64,000 nucleotides of DNA from positions 7,715 to 71,714 of the forward strand of contig CAILIB010000029.1 of the NCBI GenBank assembly GCA_903834195.1, read 5' to 3'. How positions within the stretch are numbered: position 1 is the stretch's first letter; each line of letters begins with the position of its first letter. Of this stretch, positions 1 through 7,621 are shown in pieces. This DNA is from an uncultured Candidatus Berkelbacteria bacterium. GTDB taxonomy: Bacteria; Patescibacteriota; UBA1384; CAILIB01. Under the pieces are notes generated by a model. It was not told where the DNA came from, searched no databases, and saw only the letters and a list, made by a program, of their open reading frames with translations. A program made the position numbers and the translations under genes.

Positions 1-264
1 AAGCTTTTGGCGAATTCTGAACTAATTGAGTCACCGAGGAAGAATTCCTATGCCGAATAACAAGAAATGTGGCCGTTATTACGGACACAACTACTACTGA
101 AACTGAAATTGCGATTAATACCCGACGCATATGATGTTAGTTTGGCAGAAAGTCCTTGAAAATAAAAAGGAACTCGAGAGCATTGTCAGATTGGCTGTTT
201 TCAGCTATTGTACATCAGTACCGCAGTGACGGAGAGACCCGTCCTAATTTTATAGCGCTCTTTT

Positions 265-340
265 GCGCTTGTAGCTCAGTGGATAGAGCGTCTGGTTGCG
301 GTCCAGAAGGTCGCAGGTTCGATTCCTGCCAGGCGCACCA
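265..340 (+). tRNA. tRNA-Arg, anticodon GCG, 3' CCA encoded
   Basis: Hand-folded cloverleaf: acceptor GCGCTTG/CAGGCGC, D arm GCTC-AGTGGATA-GAGC, anticodon arm TCTGG-TTGCGGT-CCAGA, T arm GCAGG-TTCGATT-CCTGC, discriminator A then CCA. Confidence 0.85.
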
Positions 341-341
341 T

Positions 342-417
342 AAAAATATATGTGTATTCATTCTTGGTCCTCCCGAAAATAGTACGGATGCGGAAGAATG
401 AATACACATATATTTTT
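342..417 (+). repeat. Long hairpin, copy 1 of the conserved-core family (directly after the tRNA)
   Basis: Perfect 24-bp stem 342-365 / 394-417 (AAAAATATATGTGTATTCATTCTT). The 28-nt apex GGTCCTCCCGAAAATAGTACGGATGCGG is related to the cores at 585-620 and 30761-30796. Confidence 0.8.
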
Positions 418-564
418 ATTTTGCAGTTGGCAAATCGAAACCAGGTTCGACCACGCCAATACAATACTTTGCGAAGCAAAGAGCGGGGGTAGCGCAACGC
501 TTCTGCACCGCTCCACATTGCGAAGCGGTGGAAGGTGGAGAAAGTGAGCGTCCGTCCTGCCAAT

Positions 565-640
565 ATAAATACACTCAGTGTTTTACTTGTCCTCCCCGTA
601 AATATTCGGGATGCGGAGGCAAAACACTGAGTGTATTTAT
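565..640 (+). repeat. Long hairpin, copy 2 of the conserved-core family (abuts the comFC stop codon)
   Basis: Perfect 20-bp stem 565-584 / 621-640 (ATAAATACACTCAGTGTTTT). The 36-nt apex is ACTTGTCCTCCCCGTAAATATTCGGGATGCGGAGGC. Confidence 0.8.
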
Positions 641-1315
641 TTAGCCGCCAAAACGATGTTTATACGCAAACGCTACACCAACAACCCTTGCAGCACCAGC
701 ATCGAGTAAAATTTTCCTACACGTTTTAAGAGTACTTCCAGTAGTTACAACATCATCAATCAAAATGTACTCAGAATTTTTTTCAACCACATAATCATCT
801 CCGATATAAAATGCAGTTTGAGCAGCTCGCTGGCGCAAGCGCCGTCCCTGGCCAACTAATGTCTTCCCTGCACGCCGATGCAAAATCTGTGTATTCATAG
901 GTAATCCAGCCCACCGGGCAAATACTCGTGCCAAAAGTTCTGCCTGATTATATCCCCTCGATTTTAATCGAGAATAACTAACCGGAACAGGAACTACGAC
1001 AGGATCTTTACTACACTGCAACGCCCGTAATAAATCTTCAGCTGAACAGGCCAGATGCAACACGTCCATCAATACTTCTGCACTTTCATACAACCCACCA
1101 TATTTTAGACCATACAAAAGTTCTCGAGCTGCACTATCCTCGTGAGCAAACAACCCGTACACTTCACTCCCAATAGGCTCAAATAGAAATCGCTCTGATT
1201 GTTTTTTAGAACAGTCCACACACAACCACGCACCACTATTCCGACACACAACACAACGTCGAGGAAAAAAGAGGTCAAGAAAAAACTGCTCCACTTGGAG
1301 AATCATCTCTACCAT
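641..1315 (-). CDS. comFC: ComF-family phosphoribosyltransferase-like protein (ComFC)
   Basis: N-terminal Cys-rich motif (RRCVVCRN...CVDC), LKYGG motif, C-terminal PRTase signature ILIDDVVTTGSTL. Confidence 0.85.
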   Translation of the reverse strand: MVEMILQVEQFFLDLFFPRRCVVCRNSGAWLCVDCSKKQSERFLFEPIGSEVYGLFAHEDSAARELLYGLKYGGLYESAEVLMDVLHLACSAEDLLRALQCSKDPVVVPVPVSYSRLKSRGYNQAELLARVFARWAGLPMNTQILHRRAGKTLVGQGRRLRQRAAQTAFYIGDDYVVEKNSEYILIDDVVTTGSTLKTCRKILLDAGAARVVGVAFAYKHRFGG

Positions 1316-1327
1316 ATAAATACTTAC

Positions 1328-2536
1328 CTAGATGACAGTTATCGCCCAAGATTGAGCTACGGGCATCCAACCCACAGCAAGCGGGAGGAAAAAGACACTT
1401 ACTGCAATTGCAATAATCAAGAATAAAATCACCCCTACCCACCACGTTTTCCATAGCTCAGATAACCAATACGTCAAAATCAACAACGCAAATCCATACG
1501 CAGGCATGTAGTGATATATAAACATCACTCGGTGAATTGGAATAAACGGCAAGTAACAGGCTGCCCACCCAATCAAAAGTACAGTAAGTGGATGATCCGC
1601 AACTGCATATTTTTGCACAAATCTTCGATACAAAAGCCAGACAAAACTAACCAGTACCATTACCCCGCTCAACCACCACACTAATGTATTGCCACGGGTA
1701 GTCATTACGTTTACCAACCCATCTGGACGAATATCGTACAAGAAAAGAACTGGCTTTCTCAGTAGTGGCCACGTCCACCAGACTGAGCTATACGGATGTG
1801 TAGCCGTTAACGTACTTTGATATACCCATGCCTGAATATTCCACCCAATACCCGACTGAATTGGATTTACTGCTCCATTAAGATACTCACCCAAAGTTAC
1901 GATTGAGACATAAATTATAAGTACCCACGGCATACCAAATAGTATCTCTTTCCAGCGAGCACGACGTATTGCCAAGTACAACACCGGCACTAGAATCGCC
2001 AGCCCCACCCACTTTATGGAAACTGTTAGCCCGAGCGCCGTTGTCACCCACACAGTAACTGAGCCAGGCTTCAACTTAAGCATCAAAAAGAATGAAAGAA
2101 AAATGAAGAAGAAGAGAATCCCGTCCATGAGCCCAGTTCGGGAGTAAATAATAAAGATGCCGTCAATCGCCATCAAAATAGCAATAATGGCTGAACCCAC
2201 CTTATCTTTAGTGAGCTGCCACCAAACTCCCGACATGAGTGGAATGATTCCAATTCCAAACAAGAGTGGAATAATACGCCAGCCAAACGGGATATTGCCA
2301 AAAATGGCAATCCCAATCGCCATCAAGAATTTACCGAGCGGTGGGTGCACATCAAACACATCCACACCGTGCAGATATTCATTGGCAAATTTAGGAAAGT
2401 ACACTTCGTCAAATACCTCCTTGCCGGGATACCCCAACTTATACATACGTACAAAGACGCCAAATATAACTGCAATGGCAGTTATGACGAGCAAAATAGT
2501 CCAGGTTTGGCGAGGAGTAAGTTTTGGTATTTTCAC
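1328..2536 (-). CDS. GT39/PMT-like membrane glycosyltransferase (polyprenyl-phosphate dependent)
   Basis: Multi-TM protein with the N-terminal loop motif DEVYFPKFA...VHPPLGK typical of the PMT/GT39 family. GTG start is preceded by TATGCT at a 6-nt gap. Confidence 0.75.
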   Translation of the reverse strand: MKIPKLTPRQTWTILLVITAIAVIFGVFVRMYKLGYPGKEVFDEVYFPKFANEYLHGVDVFDVHPPLGKFLMAIGIAIFGNIPFGWRIIPLLFGIGIIPLMSGVWWQLTKDKVGSAIIAILMAIDGIFIIYSRTGLMDGILFFFIFLSFFLMLKLKPGSVTVWVTTALGLTVSIKWVGLAILVPVLYLAIRRARWKEILFGMPWVLIIYVSIVTLGEYLNGAVNPIQSGIGWNIQAWVYQSTLTATHPYSSVWWTWPLLRKPVLFLYDIRPDGLVNVMTTRGNTLVWWLSGVMVLVSFVWLLYRRFVQKYAVADHPLTVLLIGWAACYLPFIPIHRVMFIYHYMPAYGFALLILTYWLSELWKTWWVGVILFLIIAIAVSVFFLPLAVGWMPVAQSWAITVI

Positions 2537-2660
2537 TCAACTAGCATACCATTATTTTTAATATTTCCACTGACTTCGAAAACCTGACTAATCTCTTGCG
2601 TCTTACCTGTTCATGATCCATACTAGAACTGATTAGTTGTTAAATTAAGGAGGCGTGAAT

Positions 2661-3056
2661 ATGAACAACCACCCCGCCCAAGAACCGAATCCTCTCGTTG
2701 ATCCAACAGAGTGGATGGAAGAGTACGAAGGCCAGTTGGCGATTGATGTGTACCAAACCCCAGAAAATATCATTATCAAAGCCCCTATTGCTGGAGTTCA
2801 GCAAGAAGACCTTGAAGTGAGTATTACTGATGAACAAATCAGTATTAAGGGTGAGCGTCACGATGCTCAAAGTGAATCTGTAGAATCGTACATGGTTCAA
2901 GAGTGCTACTGGGGATCATTTTCACGTGTCTATCGCCTCCCTGTTGCTGTAGACTCTGACAAAGCACAGGCACACCTGATCAATGGTATTCTGACTGTTA
3001 CAATTCCAAAAACTGCCAAAACTCGAACTCGAACACTCTCAGTTCAAGTAGGCTAG
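2661..3056 (+). CDS. Hsp20/alpha-crystallin small heat-shock protein
   Basis: ACD-like sequence (AIDVYQT..IIIKAPIAGV...GILTVTIPK). AAGGAGG lies 7 nt upstream of ATG 2661. The track ORF starts at GTG 2655, only 1 nt after the SD. Confidence 0.9.
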   Translation: MNNHPAQEPNPLVDPTEWMEEYEGQLAIDVYQTPENIIIKAPIAGVQQEDLEVSITDEQISIKGERHDAQSESVESYMVQECYWGSFSRVYRLPVAVDSDKAQAHLINGILTVTIPKTAKTRTRTLSVQVG

Positions 3057-3147
3057 TGTTTTTGTACCTTCTTCTCAATTGCTCAATAACTCGCAATAGC
3101 TCGAACAATTTCACTGCTTCGAATAAGGTACAAAAACCAACACATAA

Positions 3148-4032
3148 ATGAATGGTATGAAAAAGATCAAAAAAATTGTCATTCCAGTAGCTGGTTACGG
3201 AACCCGCTTTTTGCCGTTTACCAAGTCCATCCCTAAAGAGATGCTTCCGATCGTTGATCGTCCTGTTATTCAGTACATCGTTGAAGAAGCAGTGGAAGCT
3301 GGCATCGAAGAAGTTATCTTGATTACTGGGTATAGCAAGCGTGCAATTGAAGATTATTTTGATTACAACGTAGAACTTGAATACCTCCTCGAGAAGAAGG
3401 GTAAATTAGAACAAAAGAAATTGATTCGCGATATTTCTGATATCGCCAAGTTTGTGTACGTGCGCCAAAAAGAAATGCGCGGACATGGCCATGCAGTTCT
3501 TCAAGCCAAAGAAGTTGTTGGTGATGAGCCTTTTGTTGTGATGTGGGGAGATGATATGTACCGTGGTAAACCATCAAAACTACAACAGCTGATTGCTGCA
3601 TACGAGCGATTAGAAGCTCCTGTACTCTTCACCATGAAACGCGATGCACCTGGAGACGGTGACAAGTACGGGTACATCGAAGTTGCTGAAGACATGGGTA
3701 ATGGATCTTTTCGAATTGCAAACATGGTTGAAAAACCTGGCGACATAAATAAACCTTCCCCATACGCATCCCTTGGGTGCTTTATTTTAACTCCAGATAT
3801 CTTTCCACTCCTTGAAGAACAGCAACCGGGGCTTGGTGGTGAAATTGTTACCCTAGACGCAGTCAATCGACTTGCAAAGCAACGGCCAGTTTACGCGCAG
3901 GAGTGCACTGGACTAAGTTATTATGATTGTGGTGATCGACTTGGATATATGAAAGCAGCAGTTGAATTTGCACTTGATCGCGAAGATATCGGACAAGATT
4001 TCCGCAAATACCTTAAAGATCTTAACGTATAA
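3148..4032 (+). CDS. galU: UTP--glucose-1-phosphate uridylyltransferase
   Basis: Motif VIPVAGYGTRFLPFTKSIPKEMLPIVDRPVIQY and overall GalU-like length. The start could instead be ATG 3157. Confidence 0.9.
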   Translation: MNGMKKIKKIVIPVAGYGTRFLPFTKSIPKEMLPIVDRPVIQYIVEEAVEAGIEEVILITGYSKRAIEDYFDYNVELEYLLEKKGKLEQKKLIRDISDIAKFVYVRQKEMRGHGHAVLQAKEVVGDEPFVVMWGDDMYRGKPSKLQQLIAAYERLEAPVLFTMKRDAPGDGDKYGYIEVAEDMGNGSFRIANMVEKPGDINKPSPYASLGCFILTPDIFPLLEEQQPGLGGEIVTLDAVNRLAKQRPVYAQECTGLSYYDCGDRLGYMKAAVEFALDREDIGQDFRKYLKDLNV

Positions 4033-4036
4033 AACC

Positions 4037-5473
4037 ATGAAGGCAGAGGGGCGCACACAAGTAATAGAGAGGCTACGGATCGTAGGATCACTTGGTGCGC
4101 TTGCGCTATTTGGTTTCCTTGCAACTGGATGTAGTTTACGCGGGAGTAGTTCAGTAACTACTTCAAGTGGGCCATACCAAGTTCGTGTATGGCGTGTAGA
4201 CCAAGATGTTGACCCACTCAAATCATCAATTAGTAATTTCAATTCTGATAACCAAGGAATTGCACAGGTTACGTACGTAAAAAAGAGTTCTCAAGGATAC
4301 GAACTCTCTGCACTAAAATCATTAGCTGCTCGTACTGGTCCAGATATTTGGAGCATTCCAAACACCTGGCTCGGAGATCATGTTGCCCGAATTCAACCTC
4401 TTCCAGATACATACTTCAATAACCTTGAGTCAACCGCTACCCTCGGAGCAGTTGATGCAGTAAAGAAACTGTATCCTGCAGGTATTGCTGAACAACTTAT
4501 TAGCACAGATGGAAAATCTGTACTTGGTGCTCCAGGTGGTGTTGATGTACTCAAGCTGTACTACAACCAAGACATCTTCGATTCTGCAATAAATGAGTTC
4601 AAGCTATCACTCGGAGATAATTTTGACGATAGTGTTTTCACCCCTGTTCGCCAATTATTGAGCAACCCACCAGACACTTGGAGTACACTAGATAACCAAG
4701 TAAAATACCTGACTAAGCGAAGTGGTAACACCATTATCCGCAGCGCTATTGCAATGGGCACTGCTGATAACGTACCTGCAGGTGAAGAAACATTACAGCT
4801 TCTTATGATGCAGGATGGTACCCGTATCGTGAGTAGCGATCGTACACGTGCAATGTTCCACATCACAACATCAACATCTTCATTATCGACCACCCGACCA
4901 GGAGCTAACGCACTTAATTACTTCGCCTCATTTTCCAATCCAAACAAACCTACGTATTCTTGGAACCCTTCAATGCCCCAGGCTCTGGATGCATTTGCTC
5001 AGGGTAAAGTTGCAATGATAATCGGCTTCTCAGATGTTGGTGATACATTGAAAATTAAATATCCTAATTTTCACTTTGATACTGCACCAGTACCTCAATT
5101 AACACTTAATGGCCTCCAAAAAGACGTTAACCTGATCAAGTTTGATGTCGAAACAGTTACTAAAAGCGCGGATAGTTATGAAGCATCGTGGCGCTTTATG
5201 CAGCGCTATACGCAACCAGACGTTATGAACGATGTTGCAAATGTACAAGGTCGTCAAACACCATACCTTGCTGACCTCACTACTCGCTCCGACAGCTTCC
5301 CGCAGAAGCAGATTCTAAGCGGACAAGCTGTATTTGAGAAAAATCGTGATCAATTTGATGGTGCGTTTCGTCAAATGATTGTTGACGTAAGCCAGAACGG
5401 TATTCCAGTTGATCAGTCACTCGATAACGCGGCAGAAGTTGTGAATGGACTATTAGCAACTCCAGACGAGTAA
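4037..5473 (+). CDS. Extracellular solute-binding (ABC-type, sugar-binding-like) lipoprotein
   Basis: Start moved to ATG 4037 to avoid overlapping galU. The resulting N-terminus has a lipobox (LATGC). Size and composition fit a family-1 SBP. Confidence 0.65.
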   Translation: MKAEGRTQVIERLRIVGSLGALALFGFLATGCSLRGSSSVTTSSGPYQVRVWRVDQDVDPLKSSISNFNSDNQGIAQVTYVKKSSQGYELSALKSLAARTGPDIWSIPNTWLGDHVARIQPLPDTYFNNLESTATLGAVDAVKKLYPAGIAEQLISTDGKSVLGAPGGVDVLKLYYNQDIFDSAINEFKLSLGDNFDDSVFTPVRQLLSNPPDTWSTLDNQVKYLTKRSGNTIIRSAIAMGTADNVPAGEETLQLLMMQDGTRIVSSDRTRAMFHITTSTSSLSTTRPGANALNYFASFSNPNKPTYSWNPSMPQALDAFAQGKVAMIIGFSDVGDTLKIKYPNFHFDTAPVPQLTLNGLQKDVNLIKFDVETVTKSADSYEASWRFMQRYTQPDVMNDVANVQGRQTPYLADLTTRSDSFPQKQILSGQAVFEKNRDQFDGAFRQMIVDVSQNGIPVDQSLDNAAEVVNGLLATPDE

Positions 5474-5808
5474 TGGTACGCACGCCACAAAAATTCTCGC
5501 TTCGTAATATACTCGCTGCCGGCTTGATATCTTTTCCGACTCCACTTTTTGATACAACGGATAAAAATCCAAGTGGCGCAACCACTCCGCAAAATCTTGC
5601 TAACCACATTGCTAACATTCTGACTGCCCTAGTTATACCTATTGCCGTAGTTGGCATAATTTACTCTGCATACATTCTGATTAGTTCCCAAGGCAACCCT
5701 GATGCGTATAAAGTAGTGAAGAAGAATATGAGCTACTTAATCGGTGGAATTGCGATTATCTTATTTGCAACGTACATATTTAACTTCGTTGTCGGATTTT
5801 TCCAATAG
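5473..5808 (+). CDS. Small two-TM VirB2/TrbC-like 'pilin' family membrane protein (paralog 1, divergent)
   Basis: TM - SSQGNPDAYKVVKK - TM architecture, the same as the 6669, 7125 and 13390 paralogs. TAATG overlap with the upstream SBP gene. Confidence 0.6.
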   Translation: MVRTPQKFSLRNILAAGLISFPTPLFDTTDKNPSGATTPQNLANHIANILTALVIPIAVVGIIYSAYILISSQGNPDAYKVVKKNMSYLIGGIAIILFATYIFNFVVGFFQ

Positions 5809-5811
5809 CGT

Positions 5812-6672
5812 ATGGCTACTACATTTCTCGGAAAACCAGTTCCTACAAAAACTCCGGCACACAAACCGAAGAGGAAAAAAGCTCGACACCGCTGGGAAGT
5901 ACTTCTCGTTTTACCAGTTGTTTTTTGCGGTGGCTTACTTGCATTACAAAAAACTACATTGGATTCGAGTGTTGCTGAACGATCAACTGGTGCCGCTCTA
6001 TCCCGAGCACTGAATCAACAACCAGAAAATAGCGCCTCACCAACAAATACACTGGAAAGTATTACACTTGCTCAACAACAACCTCAGACAGGTAGTGGTG
6101 GAACTGGAACAAATGGAACTACAACTCAATCAGGAACCAAAGCAACTACTCCCGCTACCACAACTCAAGTAGACGGCACCACATACTGCAGCCCAGCCAA
6201 AGTTAAGCCCGTGTTCTTTGATGCAAATAATAACCTCATTTCAATCTTTCCTATTATCCCAAATGGGGTACGTGGACTTGATTCTTCAGGAAACCTATCT
6301 CCTACGGTCTGCAGCCCCGCCTATTGGGGACGCGATGTTCTCTATTTCTTCGTATACAAAGGTCTGGCAGTGCTGAACTGGTTTGCTGAAGCATTAGCGA
6401 TTATCTTAACACTCTATGCAGGCATCCTCTACATGACCGGATTTTACAATGAAGGCAACGTTAAGACAGCCAAGACCATGCTCATTGGTGTGTACACTGG
6501 CCTCGCAATTGTTCTCCTTGCTAAAACTATTGTGTATAGCGGAATAAATTTGGCGGTTAAGAATGATCCAAGTACTGTAATTAAGAGTTCGGCACCAATT
6601 CCTGGATTAGATAGTAGTAGCGGCACCTCGGGTAGCGGAACAACAACTGGTACAGGTACAGGAGGAAAATGA
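5812..6672 (+). CDS. Membrane protein with Thr/Gln/Gly-rich extracellular region and C-terminal pilin-like two-TM module
   Basis: N-terminal TM anchor, low-complexity T/Q/G stretch, two Cys-containing segments. The C-terminal module is TM - GFYNEGNVKTAKT - TM. Confidence 0.6.
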   Translation: MATTFLGKPVPTKTPAHKPKRKKARHRWEVLLVLPVVFCGGLLALQKTTLDSSVAERSTGAALSRALNQQPENSASPTNTLESITLAQQQPQTGSGGTGTNGTTTQSGTKATTPATTTQVDGTTYCSPAKVKPVFFDANNNLISIFPIIPNGVRGLDSSGNLSPTVCSPAYWGRDVLYFFVYKGLAVLNWFAEALAIILTLYAGILYMTGFYNEGNVKTAKTMLIGVYTGLAIVLLAKTIVYSGINLAVKNDPSTVIKSSAPIPGLDSSSGTSGSGTTTGTGTGGK

Positions 6673-7055
6673 TTCGACGCATCAACCAACTCTTACTCCT
6701 ACTTGCACTCACACTCGCAGCTCATCCACTTTCTGCACGAGCTGATTTAATTCCACCAATTGAGAGCAATCGCATTTCTCAGCGACAACCCTCAACAACT
6801 CTCAATGGAACGTTCGACTGGCTTCAGGGACGGGTTAGTTCAGTCATCTTTTTACTTCTTGGGGGAATGGCTGTGATCTATCTAATTTGGTCTGGTATAC
6901 AGTACATTACTGCGGCTGGAAACGCCGAACAAACCAAGAAAGCCCGTGAATCAATCATTCACATCGTACTCGGAATAATCCTTCTCGTTTCAACGTATTA
7001 CATCCTTCGCATACTCATTGGTATACCTTCCCTTTTCGTTCCAGGGAGCTCATAA
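6669..7055 (+). CDS. VirB2/TrbC-like pilin family protein (paralog 3)
   Basis: Signal peptide (..HPLSARA), then TM - GIQYITAAGNAEQTKKARESI - TM. ATGA overlap with the upstream gene. Confidence 0.7.
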   Translation: MIRRINQLLLLLALTLAAHPLSARADLIPPIESNRISQRQPSTTLNGTFDWLQGRVSSVIFLLLGGMAVIYLIWSGIQYITAAGNAEQTKKARESIIHIVLGIILLVSTYYILRILIGIPSLFVPGSS

Positions 7056-7124
7056 CGGAGAATTAATTTGACAGGTGAAAATATAGACCAGTACAATAGA
7101 AACAACACATCTCTAAGGAGGATA

Positions 7125-7535
7125 ATGAAAAAACTTATTTACGCATACGTAATGGCAAGTACAGCAGTAGCTGGCTTTTTAGCTGCCCCTGCATTTGCAG
7201 CATCAAATGACCCAGGTGCCATTCAGCCAAGTGGTAGCATCGACTCAAGTGCATCAGCCTTTACTTGGGCTAGCATCAAGACTCTCGCAGGAAGCGTGAT
7301 TACAATCATGCTCTTCATTGCAGGTTTCGTCGCAGTGGCATACCTAGTGTACAACGGTATACAATACATCACATCGGCTGGTAACGCTGATAAGGTGAAG
7401 GCAGCGCGCGCAGGTATCATTAATGCAGTTATCGGTATTGCTGTTATCTCCGCTGCGTACTTTATCGTCAACTTTGCAATCGGTATTGGAAAAGGAGCGA
7501 GCCAGATCGTTAACTCTCCAACCACTATTAAATAG
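7125..7535 (+). CDS. VirB2/TrbC-like pilin family protein (paralog 4)
   Basis: AAGGAGG lies upstream of ATG 7125. Signal peptide ..APAFA, then TM - GIQYITSAGNADKVKAARAGI - TM. Confidence 0.75.
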   Translation: MKKLIYAYVMASTAVAGFLAAPAFAASNDPGAIQPSGSIDSSASAFTWASIKTLAGSVITIMLFIAGFVAVAYLVYNGIQYITSAGNADKVKAARAGIINAVIGIAVISAAYFIVNFAIGIGKGASQIVNSPTTIK

Positions 7536-7557
7536 TTCTCACGTAAGAAAATAAAAA

Positions 7558-7585
7558 GGTGTGGGAGTATCCCGCACCTTTTTTT
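7558..7585 (+). terminator. Rho-independent terminator of the SBP-pilin operon
   Basis: GGTGTGGGA-GTA-TCCCGCACC stem-loop followed by T7. Confidence 0.85.
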
Positions 7586-7621
7586 GTATTCATCACCCGA
7601 GCTTCAAGTTATACTTATTGC

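Noticed and set aside
156-563. Track ORFs 156..401(+), 215..409(-) and 276..563(-)
   Set aside because: They overlap the tRNA-Arg gene, the long hairpin and the structured spacer. They have no SD or promoter geometry and are low-complexity, so they are almost certainly non-coding.
421-564. Tested whether the G+C-rich spacer is SRP (4.5S) RNA, tmRNA or a minus-strand tRNA
   Set aside because: No GNRA-capped helix 8 with AGCA/GGAA-type symmetric loop motifs, no tRNA-like T arm or CCA end, and no cloverleaf could be drawn on either strand.
3962-4036. Upstream extension of the solute-binding protein ORF (track start 3962)
   Set aside because: It would overlap the galU 3' end by about 70 nt. ATG 4037 gives a canonical lipoprotein signal peptide instead.
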